From an uncultured Solirubrobacteraceae bacterium (GTDB lineage Bacteria > Actinomycetota > Thermoleophilia > Solirubrobacterales > Solirubrobacteraceae): 64,000 nt of DNA. Shown here piece after piece: positions 1 through 9,488 of this stretch. The notes under the pieces were generated by a model that was not told the DNA's origin, did not search any database, and saw only the letters and a list, made by a program, of their open reading frames with translations. The number at the start of each line of letters is the position of its first letter. The first letter of the stretch is position 1. The position numbers and the translations under genes are program-made. The stretch is taken from NCBI GenBank assembly GCA_963817295.1, contig CAWFOF010000002.1, forward strand, positions 3,683-67,682, in the 5' to 3' direction.

Positions 1-282
1 TCGGGCTCGCGGGCTTTCTGAACCAGGGACAGGAAACGTGCCGACTGTAGCGTCGGCACGAATCCATCGAACAGTCTCGACTTCTATCTCAGCCGAAACC
101 GCCCCCTCGGTGACAAGCACGGCCAGGCCGCCTTCATCTGGGCCGCATGGGCGATGCTCGATTAGGACTGCATCGCACTGTAGCCGCAGCCGTCCCGGCG
201 GGTTCGTGAGGTACCGCCAATCCGAAGCAGCCGCCGAGACAGCGGCCGCTACAGAATAACTTGTCAAAGAACAACTCCACGC

Positions 283-305
283 GGGCCCCGGGCAATTCGG
301 GGCCC
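283..305 (+). terminator. GC-rich stem-loop, possible intrinsic terminator
   Basis: GGGCCCCG (283-290) pairs with CGGGGCCC (298-305) around a 7-nt loop and is followed by ACTTTCTT. There is no convincing plus-strand gene upstream inside the window. Confidence 0.3.
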
Positions 306-320
306 ACTTTCTTCCCCGAG

Positions 321-411
321 ATGACAAGGTGAGGGGGCGACAAGGTGACAAGAGAGATTTGTTCCGTTTTCGTTGTCACCTTGTCACCTTGTCACCCCTT
401 CACCTTGTCAT
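321..411. repeat. Near-perfect 32-bp inverted repeat built from TTGTCACC units, directly 3' of apt
   Basis: 321-352 (ATGACAAGGTGAGGGGGCGACAAGGTGACAAG) is complementary to 380-411 at 30 of 32 positions. TTGTCACC occurs three times in tandem at 373-396. The apt stop codon (408-410) lies in the right arm. Confidence 0.85.
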
Positions 412-935
412 GCCCTAATACTCCGAACACCGAAATACACCGGCGCGCCGCCAAGCTTGCTGCGGCCGTTCAAGCCGGTCAGCTCGATCAGCACCGCCAC
501 CCCGCAGATCTTCCCGCCGAGTTGCCGCACCAGGTCGCAGGATGCCTGCATCGTGCCCCCGGTCGCCAGCACGTCATCGCACACCAGCACGCGCTGTCCC
601 TTGCTGATCGCGTCGGCGTGCATCTGCAACGTGTCCGTCCCATACTCCAGGCTGTACGTCGTCGAAACGCACTTGGCCGGCAGCTTCCCAGGCTTGCGCA
701 CAAGCGCGAAACCGGCCGACAGGCAGCACGCCACCGCCGTCCCGAAAATGAACCCCCGACTCTCCGCCCCCACCACCAGGTCCACATGTTTCCCGCGAAA
801 CGGATTGGCCAGCAGCTCGATCGACAGCGCCAGCCCCGAGGGGTCAGCCAGCAGGGGGGTGATGTCGCGGAAAAGCACGCCTCGCTTCGGGAAATCGGGA
901 ATGTCCCGGATCAGCTTCTTCAGTGTTTCTGGCAT
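408..935 (-). CDS. apt: Adenine phosphoribosyltransferase
   Basis: ORF 408..1025(-). From the internal Met at 935 it reads MPETLKKLIRDIPDFPKRGVLFRDITPLL ... VLVCDDVLATGGT (PRPP-binding motif). At ~175 aa this is a typical APRT length. The start could also be 1025. Confidence 0.9.
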   Translation of the reverse strand: MPETLKKLIRDIPDFPKRGVLFRDITPLLADPSGLALSIELLANPFRGKHVDLVVGAESRGFIFGTAVACCLSAGFALVRKPGKLPAKCVSTTYSLEYGTDTLQMHADAISKGQRVLVCDDVLATGGTMQASCDLVRQLGGKICGVAVLIELTGLNGRSKLGGAPVYFGVRSIRA

Positions 936-1006
936 GCCGGGCGATTGTACGGACCGGGCGTGCATGGACAAAACATCCCCGGCTTCGATCCTCCGATCGA
1001 ACAGAT

Positions 1007-1776
1007 TCACGTCCAAATTCCCCAACCCGCGATGCTTCGCATCGCCGCTAACCGCCGGAATCGTCCGAGGAGATAGTCCTTCGACGGCTCATGCGTCACC
1101 TCCAGCCCGATTTGCTCGTCGCCATCTGCGCGCATCGGTGGTCGATCGGTGGCTGAACTCCCTGTCGCTTCACTTACATCCTGTTCGTCCGAAACGGGTT
1201 CGTTTTGCACATTTTCCATCGCCGCCCGCTCCGCTTCGATCACCGCCCCGGCGAAGTCGCTGAGCAGCCCGCGCTGCTCATCTTTCTTCAGCTTGCGGAG
1301 CTGCTCCATGGCGCGATGCATCATGTTGGCCAGACGCTGCTCGTATTTCTGGAGCCGCTCGAAGTCCGGAGCTGTCCCAGATCAGGTTGCCCATGACATA
1401 GCCGATGTCGATCTCTGCGGTCGGATCCATTCGCCGCAGTTCCTGCCAGGCGGTCGCGGTAGACTTCCAGCTCGGCCAGTTGAAGGCGCGTCGTTTCCAG
1501 CCGGCCCGGACGATCTGGTCGGCGAACTGGAGTTCCAAAGCATCGCGTGGATCGGCCCGCCGCAGGATCGAGATGCGGTATTCGCGGTAGGCGTTGCGGT
1601 CCTCGCCTTCGATGCAGATCTCCTGGGCGAAGATGCCGTGGGTGGTGGCATTTCTCGACGATCTCGCCTTGCCTTCGGGCGTTTTTGGCCCGGTGGATTT
1701 GCGGGCATTTCGGCGATTGGCGCGAAGCTGCGGGGGGAGAGGCGGGATGAATCGGACTGGGGGGAATTGCTACCAT
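1007..1776 (-). CDS. Hypothetical protein (TPEGKA...THG-type family), needs frame switches as assembled
   Basis: AGGAGG lies 5 nt upstream of the ATG at 1776. Manual translation gives ANRRNARKSTGPKTPEGKARSSRNATTHGIFAQEICIEGEDRNAYREY...ALELQFADQIVRAGWK, which runs into ORF 1278..1538 and then ORF 1007..1324 (MMHRAMEQLRKLKKDEQ...). At least two frame switches are needed. Confidence 0.45.
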
Positions 1777-2442
1777 ACGAGCCTCCTGATGAAGGGATGG
1801 GGTGAAACGGGTTGGGGGGGGGTCATTAGTTCCCATTCGTCGTCGAGCGCACTGCGCTGCTCGGACGGCGGGACGACGCGGTCGCCCCACATTTTGTCCG
1901 CGATGGGATTGTCGGGGCATCGATCCGGCCAGTGCGCCCCGGGCCTTTCCGCAGACCCCGCAGCGGGGGGATCATGTGCGGCGCATAGTCCCGCGGGTCG
2001 GGCTCTGGCCTCCAAATCCTTGTAGTAGACCAGCTTGTTTGCCGGTAATCAAAGACGCATTTGTCGCGGGCGGCTGCCGGGATGGATGGGCAATCATGGG
2101 CCCAGTGGAGCCCCGGCCGTGCCTGGCAGAGCGGGCAGGCGGGGATGTAGCGCGCGTGGGGATCGGGGGAGGTTGGATAGGCTTCGAGCATTGGAAGCAG
2201 GGTCTGCAACTGCTGAGGATGAGGCCCAGGGCGAGTGTGGTCTGCCTGCGATTGGTGAATCCCACAGGTCTGCCGACGGCGTGACGGAGCACGCTGGCAG
2301 CACTTGTGAGGGATTGTCCCACGTCCTGAACGATGCGGCCTTGCCGCTCCTTGACCGGCAGCGGCGGCTCGCATTCAGGGCTGGGGACATCGGATGGTAC
2401 GAAACTGGCGGAAGATGACGAATCGCTACGGTGATCAGACAT
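1770..2442 (-). CDS. Hypothetical protein(s), reading frame uncertain
   Basis: AAGGAG lies 7 nt upstream of the ATG at 2442 (MSDHRSDSSSS..., inside ORF 1972..2547). Protein-like stretches continue in ORF 1826..2374 (ACPLCQARPGLHWAHDCP) and ORF 1770..2015 (CPDNPIADKMWGDRVVPPSEQ). No family recognised. Confidence 0.3.
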
Positions 2443-2589
2443 GGCGGACTCCTTCGTGTTGTGCGTGCGCACAAAGCCCTTCCCCCACGGAATGTGGGTA
2501 TGCGGCACGACTTTGGAATGATAGAACAAAGACCTAACAAAAGTCAAGTGAAATCGCGGGATTATTGGGGAAATTGGCGGAAAACGAAC

Positions 2590-2608
2590 CGGCCCGTGTT
2601 ACGGGCCG
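2590..2608 (-). terminator. Stem-loop at the compositional junction, terminator-like on the minus strand
   Basis: CGGCCCGT-GTT-ACGGGCCG forms a perfect 8-bp stem. On the minus strand it is followed by GTTCGTTTTCC. Confidence 0.4.
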
Positions 2609-3573
2609 CTGGCCGTTCCCGAAGCGCAGTTCGGTGGCATCGCGCAGCGGATACCGGACATGAGCCCCGACGGCCGGCGCGTGCTCTTCGCGACGGGGGC
2701 CGCCCGCCGCGGTGTTCTCCTCGGCGATGGCGTCGACCTGTTCCTGACCGACATGTCGCCGGGCGTCGGCCGCGAGGAGGGCACGATCGAACTCACGCGG
2801 GACGGCGTGTCGCCGCCGCAGGCCGGGTTCAACATCGACGGCTATGCGATGTCGGCCGACGCCCGCTGGGTGGCATTCACGAGACGTTCAGGACGCAGTT
2901 CGTACTCGCGGCGTACCCCTTGGCGGGGACCGCGCGGACCACGGCGGACCAGCGCGACCTGTATCTGCTCGACCTCTCAGCTCACACGATCGAGCGGGCG
3001 GTGCGGGCGTCCGGCGGCGGCGATGCCAACGGCTCGGTCGGCAGCGTCCCCGCGATCAGCGACGACGGGACGGAGGTGGCGTTCACGTCCGACGCGTCGA
3101 ATCTCTTCTTCGGTGACGCGAACGACCGCGCGGATGCATTCCTGATCCGTCGTCAGGACGCCGCGCCCGCCGAACCCGCGCCACCGGACGCCGCGCAGGA
3201 CACCATCGAGACGCCGGACGCGCCCGACGCGCCGGCGCGCGAGGACCGGCTGACCGTGACGGTCCGCCGATCCCAGGCCGGTCAGGTGGTCCTGCTCGTT
3301 CGCGCGCCGCGCGCCGGGCGCGTCGCGACCGTGGTCCGCGGCCGCCGGGCTCGACTCGAGCGGGAAGGTCTCCGGCAGCGCGCGGACGCTCGTCCGGGGC
3401 GAGACGCGGGCGACACGTCGCGCACAGGTCACGGTGAAGCTGAGGCTTTCCCGGCGACTACGCGCTCCCGCCTGCGCATCGCCGGGAAGCTCGTCGCTCA
3501 GGCCGACGTGCGATTCGTCGCAAAGACCGGTCCGCCGGCAGCTCGCCGCGTGACCGTGAAGTTCCTGCCGTGA
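2609..3573 (+). pseudogene. 5'-truncated PD40/TolB-like beta-propeller repeat protein with a C-terminal basic module
   Basis: No start codon is present. The frame is open from 2552 and protein-like from ~2609. SPDGRRVLF (ORF 2660..3145) and ISDDGTEVAFTSDASNLFFGDAND (ORF 2431..3573) are PD40-type repeats. There is a frame switch near 2885 and an out-and-back switch around 3350-3440. Confidence 0.6.
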
Positions 3574-3646
3574 ACACAAAGTGAACTCGATGTGGGCGTC
3601 CGGAGAACATTTGGTGAACGCCCTAGAACCGAACGGTGACCAGCGC
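3570..3646. promoter_or_regulatory. Array of 11-bp-phased GTGAAC-type direct repeats (PHO-box-like operator) upstream of the PstS-like gene
   Basis: Units start at 3570 GTGAACACAAA, 3581 GTGAACTCGAT, 3592 GTGGGCGTCCG, 3603 GAGAACATTTG, 3614 GTGAACGCCCT, 3625 AGAACCGAACG and 3636 GTGACCAGCGC. The 11-nt phase is exact, and the array lies in the intergenic region before ORF 3685. Confidence 0.6.
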
Positions 3647-3684
3647 TACTGTTTCTATCCGGTGAATCGCACCCTGATCGCTCT

Positions 3685-5709
3685 ATGCCGCGCCTACGCT
3701 GCCGCCGTTCCCTGTCGGCTCTCTCGGAAAGGACCGAGGCTCTTCATGACTCTCACATCTCGCAGCGCCCGATCGGCACGGACTGCCGGCGTCTTCGCGC
3801 TGCACTGACCGGTGCGCTCGCACTGGCGCTCGGAGCGCCCGCCGCGCAGGCCGCGTTCACGACGTCGCCGTGCCTGGGCGGGGCGATCACCGGCAACGGC
3901 GCCTCGTTCCAGAACACGGCGCAGAACTCCCTGTGGTCCGCGCCGACCGGGAGCTTCGCCGCCTACTGCACCGCGGTCGGCGTGAGCGCCCCCGCCGTGA
4001 CCTACACGGGCGGCGGCTAGCGGCGCCGGCATCTCCGCGATGAAGAACCGCGACGCCGCGCAGCGGTTCGCAGGCACCGACGACCCGATCAGCACCGACG
4101 ACATCACGACGATCAACAACGGCAAGACCGCGGCCGGCGACGAGGGCAAGATCGGACGATTCCGGTCGCGATCGGCCGCGAAGACGCGATCATCGTGAAC
4201 GTCCCCAACGTCGTCAGCGCCGCCGGCACGGTGGGCGCCGGTCCGGCCTGTGTGGTCCCGAGCGGTCTCCAGACGGACTCGGGCGACGTCAACCGCACTC
4301 GGCTGCGGCTCACCCAGGCCCAGGTCGAGGGCATCTTCGCCGGCACGATCACCACGTGGGGCGCGCTCGTCTCGGGCATCGCCAACCCCGCCGGCGACGT
4401 CCTCGCGACGCTGAACGCGAACTACTGCTCGAACTACCCGATCACGCGCGTCGTGCGGCTCGACTCGAGCGGCACCACGTTCGTGCAGAAGGACTTCCTG
4501 AGCACGCTGGCCCCGGCCACGTGGAAACCGCTGAAGTCCACCGTCGAGTCGCTCAACACGGCGTGGCCGCTCGTGGGTCAGCTCTACACGTTCGACTTCA
4601 ACAGCGACGGCGACACCGCTGACGGCGGTGAGGCGAATCAGCCGCAGCTGCGTCGCGGCTTCACCGCCGGCAACGGCGGCCTCGTCCAGGCCGCGAGCAC
4701 GACCGACGGCAGCATCGGCTACTCCGATCTCGCAACGGCGCGCAGCGGAGCGTCCGGCGCATTCGTACGTGCGGCCGGAGCCGACGACACCTACTGGGTC
4801 GAGGTCGGCAAGCCGGGCGACCCGTCGTCCTATGTCGACCCTGCAACCGACCAGGTGGACGGTTTCACCCCGGCGGCCGGTGCCGACCCGACGAAGAAGG
4901 GCTCGAACTGCGCCAGCGCGGTCGTCAGCGGCGTGCCCACGGGTGATGACCCGACGCTGAAGAGCTGGAGCGCTGCGGGCACCGCCAACACGGGCGCCTA
5001 CGCGATCTGCGGTCTCACGTACGCGCTCGCGTTCGACGACTACAAGGGCGTCTACTCCTCCGCGGCCGGCTACAACGAGGCCCTCGAGGAGCAGAAGGCC
5101 CGGACGGTCAAGGACTACCTGACGTCGATCATCGGTGGAGTCGCCGTCGGCGGCAGCCCGTTCAACCAGGGCCAGACGGACCTCTCGAAGTTCGACTACT
5201 CGCCGCTCCCGACCACGCCGGGCGGCCTGCGTGACATCGCGAAGGCGGCCGTCGCCTCGATCGATTGGGGCAAGGCCCCGACCGGCGGCGGTGGTGGCGG
5301 CGGTGACACCGGCGGTGGCGGCGGTGGAACGACCACCACGCCGGTGACCACGACCACGACCCCGGCCCCGGCCGTGGTCGCACCGAGCAACGCGTTCACC
5401 TTCTCGAAGCCGCGTGCCTCGAGCGGGAACCTGCTGCTCACGCTGCAGGTGCCGGGCGCCGGAACCATCACCGTGAAGGCGACGACCAAGGTCGGCAAGA
5501 AGACGATCACGTTCGCGACCGGCAGGGCGACCCGCTCGGCGGGTGGCACGGCGAAGCTCACGCTGAAGCCGACCGCTGCCGCCAAGAAGGCGCTGAAGAA
5601 GAGCAAGCGCCTGAAGGTCTCGCTCTCGATCACGTTCGCGCCGACCGGCGGCACCGCGAAGACGACGGCGGCATCGCTGACGGTGACGACGCCGAAGGCG
5701 AAGAAGTAG
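3685..5709 (+). CDS. Secreted PstS-family (phosphate-binding-protein fold) protein with a Gly/Thr linker and C-terminal basic module; frameshifted as assembled
   Basis: Signal peptide LTGALALALGAPAAQA, then ITGNGASFQNTAQNSLW (ORF 3685..4020). Manual frames across 4015-4195 read GGGSGAGISAMKNRDA...IPVAIGREDAIIVNVPN. ORF 4195..5709 contains RLDSSGTTFVQKDFL and YAICGLTYAL. The start may be 3746 (MTLTSRSARS). Confidence 0.6.
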
Positions 5710-5807
5710 GGGCCACGACCCCGCAGGCACACACCTGACGCCCCCGGGGCTTCCGGCGGACCTTCCGCCGGGAGCCCCGTCGGTCGTCACGACCCGAGAC
5801 GAGAGCC

Positions 5808-7813
5808 ATGAACCAGCCCCAGAAGAAGAAGTCGGTCATCGAGGAGCGCCAGTCGACCAGCTACAAGGTTCGCGAGCGCCTCAGCACCATTGGGAACGGC
5901 ATCCTCAAGATCCTGCTGAAGGATCCGCTGGCCTGGTTCCTGCTGATCGCGGCCGTCGCCCTGATCATCACCTTCTTCACGCTGCTGGGGCAGATCAAGC
6001 CGAGCTCGCCCGGTCGCGCGGCCACGCTGTCCGAGGTCACCAAGCTCGCGCAGGACAAGCAGATCAGGACGGTGCTCCTGCTGGACCAGGACAACCGCGT
6101 CATCGTCCGCACGCGCACGGGCGAGACCATCTGGGCGGCCTATCCGTCGGCCGGCGCCAACACCGGCCAGCTTCTCTCGCGCTTCCAGCAGGCGGGCGCG
6201 ACGGTCGCGGTCGACCAGCAGGCCGACATCCCGACGAAGAAGATCCTCGTCCAGTTCCTCCTGCCGATCCTGCTGCTCGTCACCCTGTTCGCGTTCTTCA
6301 TGCGCCTCAGCGACGACGAGGGCGCGGGCGGGATCGCGTCGTTCTCGAAGTTCACAGGCCGTCGCCGCAAGAGCGGCGAAGGCAGCGGGATCACGTTCGC
6401 GGACGTCGCCGGCAATCCGGAGGCGCTCGCCGAGCTGAAGGAGATCCGCGACTACCTCGCCGACCCGACGAAGTACTCGAGCATGGGTGCGAGCGCGCCC
6501 AAGGGCGTGCTGCTGGTGGGCCCGCCCGGCACCGGCAAGACGCTGATCGCCCGCGCGGTGGCGGGCGAGGCCAACGCGAACTTCTTCTCGATGTCCGGAT
6601 CGGACTTCGTCGAGTCGCTCGTGGGTGTGGGGGCGGCGCGCGTCCGTGACCTCTTCGCCCAGGCACGCAAGGTCGCGCCGACCATCATCTTCATCGACGA
6701 GCTCGACGCCGCCGGCCGCAAGCGCGGCGCGGGCATCGGCCAGGGCAACGATGAGCGCGAGCAGACGCTCAACCAGATCCTCGTCGAGATGGACGGGTTC
6801 GGCGGGGACGCCGGTCTCGTCGTCATGGGCGCGACGAACCGCCCCGACATCCTCGACGACGCGCTTCTGCGCCCGGGCCGCTTCGACCGTCAGGTCACCG
6901 TCGACGTTCCGGACGTGCACGGCCGCTACGAGATCCTCGGTCTCCACGGGAAGGGCAAGCCGTTCGATCAGGACGTCGACCTGCGCGAGATCGCGAAGCT
7001 CTGCCCGGGCTTCTCGGGTGCAGAGCTCGCGAACGTCATCAATGAGGCGGCGCTGTTGACCGTTCGCGAGGGGCGTACCCACATCGATCAGGCCACGCTC
7101 GAGGAGGCCATCGACCGCGTGGTCGCGGGCCCGGCGAAGAAGACGCACATCCTGACTCCCGACGAGCGCTGGGTCATCGCGATCCACGAGGCCTGCCACG
7201 CCGTCGTCACGCGCAGCGTCGGGCAGACCATCAGCGCGCAGAAGCTCTCGATCGTCGCGCGCGGGCGCACGCTGGGGACCGCCGCGCACATGCTGACCGA
7301 CAAGGACCAGACGGTCCGCCAGGAACCCGACCTGCTCCGCGAGCTGACATCGGTGATGGCCGGCGCCGCGGGTGAGAAGCTCGAGTTCGGCTTTTCTCCA
7401 CCGGCGTCCACGACGACCTGCACGCGGCGACGGCGCTGGCGCGGGCGATGGTGACCGCGTACGGCATGTCCGACGAACTCGGGCCGGTGACGATCGGCGA
7501 GAAGCAGGGGGAGGTCTTTCTCGGCAATTCGCTCCAGGACCTCGGTCAGATCAGTCCCGACACGCTGAACACGATCGACCGGGAGGTCGAGCGCCTCGTC
7601 GGCGAGTCGATGTCGCATGCCGCCGCCGTGCTGAAGAGCAACTGGCAGGCGGTCGTCGAGGTCGCCGAGGCGCTGCTCGAGCACGAGACGCTCTCCGGGG
7701 TGGCGCTGGACGCGCTGCTCTCCACGGTTCATGCGATGCCGGTCGCCGGTGACGCGCTCCCTTCGACCCCGGACTCCCGCGCCACGGATGCGCCTTCAGG
7801 TCCCGGCGCTTAG
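5808..7813 (+). CDS. ftsH: ATP-dependent zinc metalloprotease FtsH (one frame switch near 7390)
   Basis: ORF 5808..7454 carries GPPGTGKT (Walker A), [29 protein letters not shown] (SRH) and HEACHA (zinc site). It continues in ORF 7448..7813 ([14 protein letters not shown]...). The junction [26 protein letters not shown] was read manually. Confidence 0.95.
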
Positions 7814-9488
7814 GCCGCGCCGCGCTGTCGCGGCGCTCGCGGGGCCCGTGACGGCCCTGGCGCTGCTGGTCACCCCGGCAGCGGCGAGCGCCGCCGATTC
7901 GCTGTGGAGGCTCGAGCAGCCGGCGCCGCCGGCCGGCGCCCCGTTCAAGGTCGCGCTCGGGGCGCCCGGTGACCTCCAGTTCTGGTCCCGCAGCAGGGGG
8001 CTGCTGGCCGTGTCCGGGAATGCGGTGATCCCGCGCGGGCTGTTCTCCTGGAACGGGTCCGCCTGGCGCCAGCTTGCGGTCGTCTGCGGGGGTTCCGGCG
8101 ACACGACGCGCATCGCCTGGGCCGGCCCGGCCGAGTTCTGGGTGATCAGCGCCCCGAGCCGGCCGCGCATCGGCGACGGCATCGCCCTGTGTCACTTCAA
8201 GGACGGACAGGTCGTCGCGTCGTACGGAACCCTGCCGAATGCCGCCGACCCGTATCAGGTGATGAATGCGGCGACGTGCGCCTCGGCGAGCGACTGCTGG
8301 TTCGGCGGCCCTTCGGCCGCCGATCCGACCGGCGGCCGGTCCGGGGCGTTCCGTCTGCATTGGGATGGCCAGTCCCTGACGACGAGCTACGGCCCGCAGG
8401 GTCGCGGGATCACCGACCTTGCAGCGTTCGCGGGGACGATCTTCGAGTCCGTCCTCGTCGGGCCCGCGCCGGAAGTCCGTGACGTCCCGCAGAACCGGGA
8501 GCCGGAGAGCGCGCCGCGGCTGCTGCACCGGCTCGATGGCAGCGTGTTCGCCGGCGATCCCTTCCAGCCGAGCGAGGCGCCCGGCGGGACGGAGCTGCTC
8601 GGGCTTGACGCGCGCGAGGACCGCATGTGGGCTGTCGGAGGCGGCGCGGCCTCGGGGCCCGACGTCCCGGACGGCGGCGTGGTCGACCGGCCGCCGCTGG
8701 CCGCGACGCGCGGCCCGGGGGATGCCGCGGTGCACGAGGTCCCGCTGATCGCGCCGGGGGGGACGTTCTCGCCCGGCGACCGGTTCTCCGACGTCGCCGC
8801 CGTTCCGGGCACGAGCACCGCGTGGGTCACGGTGCAGCCCTTCGCGGACCGCAAGAGCGTGAACGCCAAGGCCCGTGTCGCCCTGATCGACGCAGCGACC
8901 GGTCAGGTGACGCAGCAGCGGCTGCCCCTCTCCGGCGGCGGCCGCGGATCGGCGGCGCGCATCGCCTGCCCCGCGGCGAACGACTGCTGGCTCGCGACGT
9001 ACGGCGGCTGGCTGTTCCACTACAGCGACGGGACGCCGGAGCCGGTCGAAGACGATCCGGCGTTCGGAAGCCTGATCACGTTCCGTCCGAACGAGGCGGC
9101 GGCGCAGTTCGTACCGGACACGCCGCCGGTCGACGACTCGCTGCTGCTCGCCCCGCCGCCGGTCGAGATCCAGCCCGCGGTCGTGCCGCCGGCGACGAAG
9201 GTCAAGAAGGTTCCGGCGGTCATCCGTGATGTTCGCAAGCCGAAGCTGCGCGGGACGACCCTGGTCTTCCGCTTCCGCCTCACGCGCCGCGCCCGCGTCT
9301 CGATCGTCGCGCGGCGCAGGGGGCAGGTCGTCGCGCGGACGAAGCTGCGGTTGCTGCCGAAGGGGCATGCGACGCTGAAGCTGAAGCTGAATCGCAGGCA
9401 CTGGCCGACGAAGCTGTCGTTCGTCGTGCGGATCCCGGGTCAGACACCCGGCGGCGGGGCCGACACCGGCGACTCGGTGACGACATGA
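7788..9488 (+). CDS. Secreted hypothetical protein, beta-propeller-like, with C-terminal basic module
   Basis: ORF 7731..9488. The internal Met at 7788 gives [35 protein letters not shown] (signal peptide). Motifs of the type SDCWFGG / NDCWLATYGGWLFHY recur. The C-terminus reads LVFRFRLTRRARVSIVARRRGQVVARTKLRLLPKGHATLKLKL. The start overlaps the ftsH 3' end. Confidence 0.6.
   Translation: MRLQVPALRPRRAVAALAGPVTALALLVTPAAASAADSLWRLEQPAPPAGAPFKVALGAPGDLQFWSRSRGLLAVSGNAVIPRGLFSWNGSAWRQLAVVCGGSGDTTRIAWAGPAEFWVISAPSRPRIGDGIALCHFKDGQVVASYGTLPNAADPYQVMNAATCASASDCWFGGPSAADPTGGRSGAFRLHWDGQSLTTSYGPQGRGITDLAAFAGTIFESVLVGPAPEVRDVPQNREPESAPRLLHRLDGSVFAGDPFQPSEAPGGTELLGLDAREDRMWAVGGGAASGPDVPDGGVVDRPPLAATRGPGDAAVHEVPLIAPGGTFSPGDRFSDVAAVPGTSTAWVTVQPFADRKSVNAKARVALIDAATGQVTQQRLPLSGGGRGSAARIACPAANDCWLATYGGWLFHYSDGTPEPVEDDPAFGSLITFRPNEAAAQFVPDTPPVDDSLLLAPPPVEIQPAVVPPATKVKKVPAVIRDVRKPKLRGTTLVFRFRLTRRARVSIVARRRGQVVARTKLRLLPKGHATLKLKLNRRHWPTKLSFVVRIPGQTPGGGADTGDSVTT

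Noticed and set aside
373-396. Tandem TTGTCACC copies as a possible CRISPR or other spacer-containing array.
   Set aside because: The units are only 8 nt long, directly abutting with no spacers, and form part of one hairpin. No cas genes are present and no other repeat-spacer structure occurs in the window.
5808-7813. Programmed ribosomal frameshifting in ftsH (and in pgk, gpmI, argS and others).
   Set aside because: No slippery heptamer or stimulatory structure was seen at the switch sites. The switches occur at many unrelated sequence contexts in dozens of genes, including genes never known to be recoded. Sequence error is far more likely.
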